Source: Limisphaerales bacterium (lineage in GTDB: Bacteria > Verrucomicrobiota > Verrucomicrobiia > Limisphaerales > JAJOIW01). From it: a stretch of DNA of 26,654 bases. The notes beneath the pieces are model-generated. The model did not search any database and was not told the DNA's origin. It saw only the letters and a list, made by a program, of their open reading frames with translations. Location of the stretch: the NCBI GenBank assembly GCA_965657355.1, contig CBFHOE010000015.1, positions 37,952-64,605 on the forward strand. Reading direction: 5' to 3'. Each line of letters starts with the position of its first letter. The stretch's first letter is position 1. The position numbers and the translations under genes are program-made. Positions 9,295-17,476 of this stretch are shown here, one piece after another.

Positions 9295-10128
9295 TTACTT
9301 TTCAGATACAATGGATAGCTCTTTCAAGAAGGCTTCAGTTTCAACCATGACATCCTCGTATGAAGGTCTACCAAAATTAAAGAAGGCATGATTTTGACCA
9401 GGAAAAGCAGCGACCTTGCAGATTCTTTTCTTTTTCCTCATTTCGATTTGGAAATTGATGGCATTTGCAAATGGCACTGTTTTATCTATTGTTCCATGCA
9501 GGATAAGCGTGGGTGGAACCTTATCGTGAATCAAATGCGCTGGCGAAATTTCCATCCACCTATCCCCGAGTCGCGTATGGCCATACCCTTCTGACGAAGT
9601 GTCACAGACCGGGTTATATAAAATTAATCCAGCAGGCATGGGTAATAGTTTTTTCCCCTCCTCTTTGCTCTCAGGCTTCACGAGTACGGAACAGGCGGCA
9701 ACATGCCCCCCTGCACTTCCTCCAGCAACGACTATCTTATGAGGATTCACTCCGTATCTAGCATGGTTTTTCTGAATTTCGCTAAGCGCTGATAAACCGT
9801 CCTCGACACAAGTAAACGGGTCTGTTTTGTGTTTATTTTTCACTCGATATTCAGCACATATCCCAATGACCCCTTTTTTTGCAAAGTGTACCGACTGAGG
9901 GTAAAACTGACTGGGTGATCCACCAATCCAACCACCACCGAAAAAATAAAGTATAGCTGGTGCGCTATCTGGTTTTTTTCCTTCAGGATAAAAGATATGG
10001 AATTTCAAATCACCCTGCGGGGTTTGTTTGAATTTTATAATTTCGTCGGGCTCAATCTTATCTTGAGACCGTATATTCGGAGCAGAGAATAAAAATACGG
10101 CGATAATCAGATGTACAATATTTTTCAT
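9295..10128 (-). CDS. Secreted alpha/beta hydrolase (esterase, possibly a carbohydrate esterase)
   Basis: Signal peptide, GGGW oxyanion loop, GGSAGG nucleophile, HGTIDKTVP (Asp) and GQNHAFFN (His). Confidence 0.9.
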   Translation of the reverse strand: MKNIVHLIIAVFLFSAPNIRSQDKIEPDEIIKFKQTPQGDLKFHIFYPEGKKPDSAPAILYFFGGGWIGGSPSQFYPQSVHFAKKGVIGICAEYRVKNKHKTDPFTCVEDGLSALSEIQKNHARYGVNPHKIVVAGGSAGGHVAACSVLVKPESKEEGKKLLPMPAGLILYNPVCDTSSEGYGHTRLGDRWMEISPAHLIHDKVPPTLILHGTIDKTVPFANAINFQIEMRKKKRICKVAAFPGQNHAFFNFGRPSYEDVMVETEAFLKELSIVSEK

Positions 10129-10208
10129 AATCGCAATAGGGACCTAGTAAATATTCTCATCACTCGGCGATTCATTCAAGGAAGACCATGTTGACTCGTA
10201 TCGCAAGG

Positions 10209-10245
10209 CACAAAAAAGCTCAGCACTGGGCCGAGTTTTTTTGTG
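10209..10245 (-). terminator. Intrinsic terminator downstream of the 10269-10724 gene
   Basis: The minus strand reads CACAAAAAAACTCGGC-CCAGT-GCTGAGCTTTTTTGTG: a stem with one G-U pair followed by a U tract. Confidence 0.8.
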
Positions 10246-10268
10246 AAATATAGTATAAAACAAGACGA

Positions 10269-10724
10269 CTAGAGCTTGAGTCTGCTCCTTTCAGAGTGAT
10301 AGACGCCAGGTCCGATAATTGATTTTTTGTAGAGACTATTCAGGTCTCTCAATTTGTCCATTTCTGACATACCGGAAGCGTATGTGATTTTTTTGTTTTT
10401 CGCATCCCAAATTGCTCTTAGTTTGGGCGCCGGTTTAGCCTTAACTGCAGCAGGGGTTTCTTTTTTTGCTACACTTTTAATCGCAGTCGCACTTTGCTTT
10501 TCGACTTTGGACTTTGATTCGGCTGGCTTTACTACTTCAACAACAACCTTTTTGGATGGAGGCTGGTCTGTTGAACCTTGGGATTTCTTGACGTCGCGAT
10601 TGGCGTCGAACGTACCCCAAAGTGCTTCCCTCATTTTTTTAAGTCTGGCTGCCTCATCGGCAACAGAAGGTTCGATGAACAAGGTTAATGTCGCTAGCAA
10701 CAAAATGAACTTAGATAATTTCAT
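10269..10724 (-). CDS. Secreted hypothetical protein with a Lys/Ala/Pro-rich linker and a C-terminal SHOCT-like helix pair
   Basis: Clear signal peptide (MKLSKFILLLATLTLF...SVA). The C-terminus EMDKLRDLNSLYKKSIIGPGVYHSERSRL resembles the SHOCT pattern L..L..L...G.I...EY...K..L. A terminator follows. Confidence 0.7.
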   Translation of the reverse strand: MKLSKFILLLATLTLFIEPSVADEAARLKKMREALWGTFDANRDVKKSQGSTDQPPSKKVVVEVVKPAESKSKVEKQSATAIKSVAKKETPAAVKAKPAPKLRAIWDAKNKKITYASGMSEMDKLRDLNSLYKKSIIGPGVYHSERSRLKL

Positions 10725-10757
10725 AATTTTGATATGTGATTGTTGATAATAAAAAAT

Positions 10758-11774
10758 TTAATTGTCTACCAAAGGAGTCTTGATCATTTTTGTGATTCGC
10801 CCCTTAAAGTTCCAGTCCATAACGAGTACGTTTCCTTTTTTGTCAAAGGCAGCGCCGTGTGGCGCTGTAAAAATTCCAGGAATCCAATCTTTGGAATCTG
10901 TTCTGAAATTGGCCCAGTATTTGTTTTCAGGATTATCTCCAAGAAAAGCAACGGGGTGATTGTTTCCATCAATAACAGTAACGCGTCCCTGCAATTCAGC
11001 AACAACAGCCATGTCATTATGAAAACTAATGGAACAAGGGCGCCTTAGATAAGTGGCCCACGTCTCAACATGCTCCCCGTCCATAGTGAAAGTCTGCAAC
11101 CTTTTATTTTCTCTGTCACAAACAACGATCATAGGTTTTTCGCCTCTTGGGTCAACTCCGACACCATGAGGCGTTGTGAATTTACCATCTTCCTTTCCTC
11201 TGCCACCAAAAGACTTCACATATTTGAGATCGGGTGTGTATATGTGGACGTAATTTTTACCGTAGCCGTCAGTGACGATTACTTCACCTTTGGGGCCAAC
11301 AGCAATCGCAGTGGGGCGGTATTCATTAGGCTTGGAATAAATACCTGATTCTTTTGGATAGGGAAGAGTCCAAACGACCTTTCCATCCAGAGTTAACTTA
11401 ATGGCCTGATTTTTAGCGAGGTGCGCACCATAAAGGTATTCTCCATCTTCTTCTACCCTTGAGAGAATATGGTGGATGCCTTTAAATTCGCTTCCAAAGA
11501 ATCCTTGATAATCTCCTTTGGGGCCAAAGACCAGGATTCCTCTGTCTGTGTCCGTCGGGACGAAGATGCGGCCATCCTGGACTTCTGTGATGGAACCATG
11601 AGTTGATCCAATGCCATCACTACCTGGAACCTGCCCCCAATCAAGTGCTGGTTTGTAGTAATAAGCACCCGATCCGGAACCAATCACCTTTTTTTTATGA
11701 TGATCGGCACTTGATGAAAGAGACCCTATTGCTGTCGCCAAGGTCAGGATAAAAAGAAAGCTTTTTTTATTCAT
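10758..11774 (-). CDS. Secreted NHL-repeat beta-propeller, PAL (peptidyl-alpha-hydroxyglycine lyase)-like
   Basis: Signal peptide and NHL blades PTAIAVGP.G.V.VTDGY, FGG.G...GKF.TPHGV.VD, CDRENKRLQ.F and F.APHGAAFD..GN..V.DW. Confidence 0.85.
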   Translation of the reverse strand: MNKKSFLFILTLATAIGSLSSSADHHKKKVIGSGSGAYYYKPALDWGQVPGSDGIGSTHGSITEVQDGRIFVPTDTDRGILVFGPKGDYQGFFGSEFKGIHHILSRVEEDGEYLYGAHLAKNQAIKLTLDGKVVWTLPYPKESGIYSKPNEYRPTAIAVGPKGEVIVTDGYGKNYVHIYTPDLKYVKSFGGRGKEDGKFTTPHGVGVDPRGEKPMIVVCDRENKRLQTFTMDGEHVETWATYLRRPCSISFHNDMAVVAELQGRVTVIDGNNHPVAFLGDNPENKYWANFRTDSKDWIPGIFTAPHGAAFDKKGNVLVMDWNFKGRITKMIKTPLVDN

Positions 11775-11956
11775 TTGTTGCGGATGTATTTAATTATTTT
11801 ATTTATAACGAGCCACATCGATCTTGCCCAGAATATTCCTCAACAAGGGCGGCATCACTAAATTTAATAAAATCCGCCGGAGCCATATGAAGTAAACTCA
11901 TTCAATTCTGGAAGTTACACCGTGCCTGAACTCTGGCAGAATCTCCTCGAGAGAAA

Positions 11957-13549
11957 GTGCAAACAGGAATCTTCCAAGAAAGTTTAGCGATCATGATTTT
12001 AACTGGGACGGCTGTTCTAGCTTTGGGTCGTGCCGTGAAATTACCAGGTGTCGTTGCTTACCTGGTCGCAGGATTTTTAATTGGCCCTGTATTTGGACTG
12101 ACTTCAGATTCCCCCCAAATGGACTGGTTGTTTGAAACAGGCATCAGTCTCATGCTTTTTTTGGTGGGGCTTGAGATGAGCCCTGAACTCGTCAAGCACT
12201 TGAAGGGCAAACCTTTGTTAACCGGAGTTCTCCAAATGGTTTTTATGACAATTTGTGGGTCAATATTTCTCCTGACATTTGGAAGCCCATTAAAAACGGC
12301 TGTTATTGGGGGCTTGGCCCTGGCATTGAGTAGCACAATAGTCGTACTTAAAATACTCCAGGACCAAAAAGACACGAGGGCGGCTTTTGGGCAGTTGGCC
12401 CTCGCCATACTCCTGACTCAAGATTTTTTTGTAATACTTGGGCTAACTTTGTTAGAAGCGGCTGGCAATATCGAAGTGCCCTCGTTTTTCAGCATAGCCC
12501 TACCCATTTTTAAAACACTTCTCAGTTTTATTTTAATGTTTGGGATTTGTTATGGATTCCTGAAGATTGTTCTTATACCACTTTTTCAATGGCCAAAAGC
12601 AACTCCTGATTTGTTGCTTGTCGTCAGCCTTGCCTGGTGTTTTGGGGTGGTTACACTTGCTCACGTTCTCCATCTTTCAGCGGAAAGCGGAGCCTTTATA
12701 GCAGGTCTTCTGATGGCACACATTCGCCAAAGTGAAGACCTAAGAAGACGAGTGCATCCTCTGATGCAACTTTTTATCGCCGTATTTTTCGTCAATCTAG
12801 CCGCGAGGATGGAGATTTCTACAATCGCAGCTGATCCAACCACCTTTGTGGCCATTACGGTATTTGTTTTGATTGCAAAGCCGATCTTGATGTTTGGGCT
12901 TTTTAGAGTCATCAGGTGGAGAAAATTATTAGCTGCAAGAACGGCACTCCTTCTAGGTCAAATTAGTGAATTTTCTCTAATATTCCTATCGGTGGCTAAC
13001 AAGAACGAGCTTGTTGATGATAAGATGGCCAATATTTTTCTCGCTCTCGCTCTCGTATCATTTCCCATAAATATTATCGTTTATCAATTCATCTATAAAC
13101 CCGCTCTGAAAAAGGCTGAAGAAAATGATCCCGACCCGACAAAATCAAAATCGGTTGTGATTATTGGTATGAATACTTTGGGGAAGTTGCTGGTGACTCG
13201 AATGATGGAAAATGGTTGTCAAGTCACAGCTGTGGACACTGATCCTCATAAATTAGAAAGCTTTGAATGTCGCACTATTGTTGGGAGTACTGATTATCAA
13301 GAAACCCTTGAGGACATAAATCTAACGGAAACGCATTTAGTTATCTCTGCGCTGAGGATTGAGGAGGCCAATGAGCTCATAGCCTATTGGTGCAAAAGAA
13401 AAGGTGTGCCTTGCTGCATTCATGGGGTGGATATGAACAATTTGGATACTCTACTGGACCAAAAAGTCAATTACCTGATACTGCCCAAAGTTGACGGTAT
13501 TAAGCAGCAGGTTGAGGAAATTAGAAAGGAAGGGCTTATCAAATCATGA
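11957..13549 (+). CDS. CPA2 (Kef-type) cation:proton antiporter with C-terminal RCK_N/TrkA_N domain, copy 1
   Basis: Motifs LFLVGLE, LSSTIVVLKIL, ILLTQD, GAFIAGL and LGQISEFS, plus a C-terminal Rossmann domain. GTG start. Confidence 0.9.
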   Translation: MQTGIFQESLAIMILTGTAVLALGRAVKLPGVVAYLVAGFLIGPVFGLTSDSPQMDWLFETGISLMLFLVGLEMSPELVKHLKGKPLLTGVLQMVFMTICGSIFLLTFGSPLKTAVIGGLALALSSTIVVLKILQDQKDTRAAFGQLALAILLTQDFFVILGLTLLEAAGNIEVPSFFSIALPIFKTLLSFILMFGICYGFLKIVLIPLFQWPKATPDLLLVVSLAWCFGVVTLAHVLHLSAESGAFIAGLLMAHIRQSEDLRRRVHPLMQLFIAVFFVNLAARMEISTIAADPTTFVAITVFVLIAKPILMFGLFRVIRWRKLLAARTALLLGQISEFSLIFLSVANKNELVDDKMANIFLALALVSFPINIIVYQFIYKPALKKAEENDPDPTKSKSVVIIGMNTLGKLLVTRMMENGCQVTAVDTDPHKLESFECRTIVGSTDYQETLEDINLTETHLVISALRIEEANELIAYWCKRKGVPCCIHGVDMNNLDTLLDQKVNYLILPKVDGIKQQVEEIRKEGLIKS

Positions 13550-15111
13550 CACTGCTCGCGATCATCTTTGGCGCTTCGGCGGTTGCCTACTTTGGTTCCG
13601 TGGCCATGAGGATTCCAAGAATCCCTATCCTTATCATTATTGGTTTTGTTCTCGGAACAATCATCCCCACGGAGCAGCAGATAAGCCTCAGGGACCATCT
13701 TGATTTGAGCCTTACCTTTTTGCTTTTTGGTGCCGGGATTGAATTAAATCCTAAAAAATTTAAGTCCCAGACAGGATCAATTTACTGGGTCGGTCTGGTT
13801 CAGTTTTTTACCATCCTCATTGGCGGAATCCTTATGGCATTGGCATTGGACTTTTCAATCGAAGTCTCCATTTTTTTAGGATTTGGTTTATCAGCAAGCT
13901 CTACTCTGGCGGTACTTCAATTCTTGCGGCAAAAACATCAAAGCATAGAGCCCTTCGGCCGACTAGTTGTCGGGGTTCTTCTTTTGCAAGACGTGGTTTT
14001 TATGACGGGAATGGCGGCGATTTCGCGTTGGCCTGCACCAGTTTGGGAACTTTTCTTAGGTGCTATTTACTTCCTCCTACTAGGGGGATTAGCCATGTTT
14101 TGCCAGAGAACATTTTTTCCACGATTTATCCATAAATACGCCAATGATGTGGAGTTTTTGGTTCTTGGATCCATTTCCGTTTGTTTTGCATTTGTTGGGC
14201 TGGCCAGGGCTTTGGAATTACCCCTGGAAATCGGGGCATTTCTCGCGGGGTTCTCACTAGCCAAATTCCCAACAGCAGGTGTCCTCAGAGGAGTATTATC
14301 CTCTTTTTTTGGATTCTTTGGCGGGATTTTTTTTGTCACTTTGGGGGCTTCTATACAAATCACAGACTGGTCCTTACTTTGGACAGGGTTCGCCCTTAGC
14401 TGTGTCGTGTGGGTTTTTACGCCACTGAGTGTTTTTGTTGTTTCACGTATCAGACGCAGATCCTGGCGAGGAGCTCTTTCTGCTGGATTCTATCTGGCAC
14501 AGACAAGTGAGCTCTCGCTTGTCCTGGGTCTCACTTGTGTGAGAGCGGAACTCGTTGATGAGTCCTTTTTTAATATACTCACCTTGGTCACCATCATGAC
14601 AACCCTTGCGACGCCTGTTCTGACGTCTCAAAGATGGATTGATTTCCTTCTGCATTCTTTTTCAAGATTTGACCGAATCAATCATCCAGAGAAAGTAAAG
14701 GTTTCGATGACGGATCATGCCGTTATCTTAGGTTTTGGAGATGGAGGGCCACACCTTATTCGGCCAATTAAAGAATCTGGATATCCAATCCTAGTTGTCG
14801 AAGATGATGGCAGGGTTGTGGACCAATTGAGAAATTTAAAACTAAATTGTCTATTTGGTGATGCTGGAGATCCTCATATCCTGAAATTAGCCAATCTAGA
14901 TAAAGCGGCCTTTGCTTTGGTTTCAATGAGGCGGTTTGATGACATTAAGCCTGTTTTGAAATATGCGAAGAGGGTCAAGATATTCGTCCGAGTTTTCGAA
15001 GATTCTGATGCTGCAAAAGTTTCCGGCCTGGGCGGAATACCAGTTTCAAGCCCACACGCTGCCGCAGTCGCCTTAGAAAAATGGCTTGATAATTCCTCTA
15101 TCACAAAATAA
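13546..15111 (+). CDS. CPA2 (Kef-type) cation:proton antiporter with C-terminal RCK_N/TrkA_N domain, copy 2
   Basis: Motifs LFGAGIE, SASST, LLLQD, GAFLAG, LAQTSE, HAVILGFGDGG and FGDA.D..IL..ANL. Overlaps the upstream gene by ATGA. Confidence 0.9.
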   Translation: MTLLAIIFGASAVAYFGSVAMRIPRIPILIIIGFVLGTIIPTEQQISLRDHLDLSLTFLLFGAGIELNPKKFKSQTGSIYWVGLVQFFTILIGGILMALALDFSIEVSIFLGFGLSASSTLAVLQFLRQKHQSIEPFGRLVVGVLLLQDVVFMTGMAAISRWPAPVWELFLGAIYFLLLGGLAMFCQRTFFPRFIHKYANDVEFLVLGSISVCFAFVGLARALELPLEIGAFLAGFSLAKFPTAGVLRGVLSSFFGFFGGIFFVTLGASIQITDWSLLWTGFALSCVVWVFTPLSVFVVSRIRRRSWRGALSAGFYLAQTSELSLVLGLTCVRAELVDESFFNILTLVTIMTTLATPVLTSQRWIDFLLHSFSRFDRINHPEKVKVSMTDHAVILGFGDGGPHLIRPIKESGYPILVVEDDGRVVDQLRNLKLNCLFGDAGDPHILKLANLDKAAFALVSMRRFDDIKPVLKYAKRVKIFVRVFEDSDAAKVSGLGGIPVSSPHAAAVALEKWLDNSSITK

Positions 15112-15254
15112 ACCGGCAACTCGCTTGTGCCATTAAAATTCAAACTTGGAGTTGTGTCGTATTGAAGACAGGTGTGAAAGTGCTTTGTTAACCTTTCCTG
15201 TTTGCCCCATACGTCCTAGGCATGAGTCAAGAAGGCAACCTGTCGGACAATAAT

Positions 15255-15286
15255 AAAAAATGGCTCTCGTCCGGGGACAAGAGCCA
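15255..15286 (-). terminator. Intrinsic terminator of the porin gene
   Basis: The minus strand reads TGGCTCTTGTCC-CC-GGACGAGAGCCA-TTTTTT. Confidence 0.85.
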
Positions 15287-15331
15287 GGTGTGATAGAAAT
15301 AATTTAAAGTATGTTGACTACGACTTCTTTA

Positions 15332-16480
15332 TTAGAAGCTGTATACCGCATTAAGAGCGATGAGCCACTGGCTGTCATCAAGATCGCCAGCTGAGCCAAA
15401 TCCCTGAGGAGCAGCATCCCAATCGTAACGAACTTCAAGACGAGTGAGTAGGTTCTCGAAAAGGTTGTAGTTTAAAGTGGCAGTGATCGCAAATAGATCT
15501 TCGTCGATGCCATCTAGACCAAATGTACCATTGTTTGAGTTTGCATACTCACCACGTAGGTTAACACTGAAATCACTGTCAGCGGGAGCAACGGTAGCGT
15601 AGATGCCGTATGCAGCTGCGTAACCGACAGCCTGAGCTGAGTAATCCCAAGAAAATCCAACATCCACACCTTCTGCAGGAGTTGGAAGAGTGAGGCTTGA
15701 GTAGTAGTGTGTTATGTCTCCACCACCGAAATCACCAGTACCGTTGGTGATCGCGAAATAAATGTTTGATCCGGAAAGGGCTCCAGCGGAATCATCCAAG
15801 TCAATGCTAATAGCACCGAGTGTGGTGAGACCTTCGTAATTACCACCACCAGTTAATGGACGGGTGTTAATTGATGTGACACCGCCGTTAGTGTTAGCAA
15901 CACCAGCAGTCAAAGAAACCATGTCGTTCAAAGCATAGTCAGCTTTGACACCAGTGTGTGTGAATGGCTCGGTGAAGAAACCGTAAGAGCGTGTGTAGTT
16001 AGGGTTCGCTCCAGGAGCGACTACTTCGTAACCAACAATAGTGTCAAAATGACCAAGAGTAAGGTCTAGGCCGTTCCCAACAGGTGCGTGAAGGTCTAGG
16101 TGAGCAGACTGAAGAGTAAATTCATCAGAACCAATACCAGCAATGTCACTGTATCCCAGTGCGTCCTCACCGATAAGGGCATTAACGGAGTAACCTGCGC
16201 TGAGTTCTCCAGCTGTTGTTCCTTTGTTGAGAGATAATCCGATAACATCAAGACGGAAACCGTCGTTGAAGTTACCACCGCCAGGTGCGTATGGAGCGCG
16301 ACCTACGAGAGGTCCGTCAGCGCCAAGGGCGTTAACGTAAGATACACTTGCGTAGCCGCTGATCTGTGTACCAGACAGAGCTGTGAGAAGTTGACTTGCA
16401 GCTTCCTCAGCATGAGCTGCCGAGCCAAGACTGATTAAACCTGCAGAAGCGAGGCTATAGGTCCATTTGTTCAGTTTCAT
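15332..16480 (-). CDS. Outer-membrane beta-barrel porin (BBP2/OmpL-like)
   Basis: Start placed at ATG 16480 (MKLNKWT...SAAHA|EE signal peptide). Contains GHFDTIVGYEV..P..NPNYTRSY.F..EPFTHTGV, RLEVRYD and the C-terminal beta-signal ...AVYSF. Confidence 0.88.
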   Translation of the reverse strand: MKLNKWTYSLASAGLISLGSAAHAEEAASQLLTALSGTQISGYASVSYVNALGADGPLVGRAPYAPGGGNFNDGFRLDVIGLSLNKGTTAGELSAGYSVNALIGEDALGYSDIAGIGSDEFTLQSAHLDLHAPVGNGLDLTLGHFDTIVGYEVVAPGANPNYTRSYGFFTEPFTHTGVKADYALNDMVSLTAGVANTNGGVTSINTRPLTGGGNYEGLTTLGAISIDLDDSAGALSGSNIYFAITNGTGDFGGGDITHYYSSLTLPTPAEGVDVGFSWDYSAQAVGYAAAYGIYATVAPADSDFSVNLRGEYANSNNGTFGLDGIDEDLFAITATLNYNLFENLLTRLEVRYDWDAAPQGFGSAGDLDDSQWLIALNAVYSF

Positions 16481-16591
16481 AGATAGATAGTTTGCTAATC
16501 GTTGGTTGTTAATTTGTTTTTGCTGAATATCTGGTTCAACAACCAAATAAAACAGCCAAGCGCTGCTCACCAATGCAGAGCATTTGTTGTA

Positions 16592-16640
16592 GCAATATGT
16601 AAAATGTGAGAAGAAGACAACTTTTTTTTAATTTTTTTTT
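16592..16640 (-). promoter_or_regulatory. Candidate sigma70 promoter with A-tract UP element for the porin
   Basis: The minus strand reads A9-TT-A8-G-TTGTCT-N17-TATTGC. The -10 match is weak. Confidence 0.45.
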
Positions 16641-16664
16641 AACAAAATTGTTTAAAGTTGAGAT

Positions 16665-17411
16665 TTACTGAATACTTTTTAGCACCTCAGGATCCCTTAC
16701 ATCGACCCATTCATCGGTAATTTCGACTACTCCAACAGCCTGATTGGCAAGAACTAATCCCTCAATCGCATCCGTCAATTCATACTCTCCGCGAGGGGAT
16801 TTTTGCAATTTAGCTGTTTGGGTAAAAACATTATTTGAAAATAAATAGACACCTGCATTGTAATAAAATGGCCCTTCTGGCTTTAGTTTTCCGGAACTGA
16901 TGAGCTGATCGAGATCCTCCTGGCTGGGCTTTTCAACGAGCCCTGTCAGGCGCATTTTTTCGTCCGCCATGAGAATGCCACCCTTTTGGACTTCCTCCCC
17001 AATTTTCGCAGTAACTAATGAATCCCATTTCTGTGAGGCATACTCGTGGACCAGAGTTTTGTATGTATTGGCATTGACCAAAATATCTCCGTATGTGAGC
17101 AAAAATGAGGAACCTGCAAGTATTTCTTTTGCAAGTTCCGGGGCCTTACCCGTTCCATCCTGGACAATTTGTCTCACATAGCGAATGGAAACACCAAAAT
17201 CAGCACCATCCTTAAAAAAGTCCTCAATAATATGGGCCTTGAAGCCTGTAATGATGACAAACTCAGAAACTCCAGCCTGTTTGATTCCCTCAACAATGTG
17301 GAGCAAGAGGGGTTTGCCCTGGACTTCTAACATGGGCTTGGGGATGTCTTGAGTAAGAGAACCCATACGTGTTCCCTTACCTGCTGCAAGTATAACGGCT
17401 TTGGTGTTCAT
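16665..17411 (-). CDS. Sugar-phosphate nucleotidyltransferase (NTP_transferase family)
   Basis: AVILAAGKGTRM..LT..IPKPML.V.GKP, Q...GTG, YGDI, VEKP and SPRGEYELTDAI. There is no C-terminal left-handed beta-helix. Confidence 0.9.
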   Translation of the reverse strand: MNTKAVILAAGKGTRMGSLTQDIPKPMLEVQGKPLLLHIVEGIKQAGVSEFVIITGFKAHIIEDFFKDGADFGVSIRYVRQIVQDGTGKAPELAKEILAGSSFLLTYGDILVNANTYKTLVHEYASQKWDSLVTAKIGEEVQKGGILMADEKMRLTGLVEKPSQEDLDQLISSGKLKPEGPFYYNAGVYLFSNNVFTQTAKLQKSPRGEYELTDAIEGLVLANQAVGVVEITDEWVDVRDPEVLKSIQ

Positions 17412-17476
17412 GATTATGGCGACTTTGTTGTAGGAAAGTCTGTCACGATTTGATCTCTGGTCTCAGGCTACGAGGA

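Noticed and set aside
11775..11956. Possible cation or c-di-AMP riboswitch upstream of the antiporters
   Set aside because: Only short 4-5 bp stems are present, and I recognise no nhaA-I/II, DUF1646 or ydaO consensus.
15181..15209. c-di-GMP-I-like words GGGCAAAC..GAAA..CAAAGC on the minus strand
   Set aside because: The P2 stem is too short, P3 is absent, and the site is downstream of a terminator with no gene to control.
16481..16573. N-terminal extension of the porin ORF
   Set aside because: The signal peptide starts at Met32 (16480), so the extension is probably 5' UTR.
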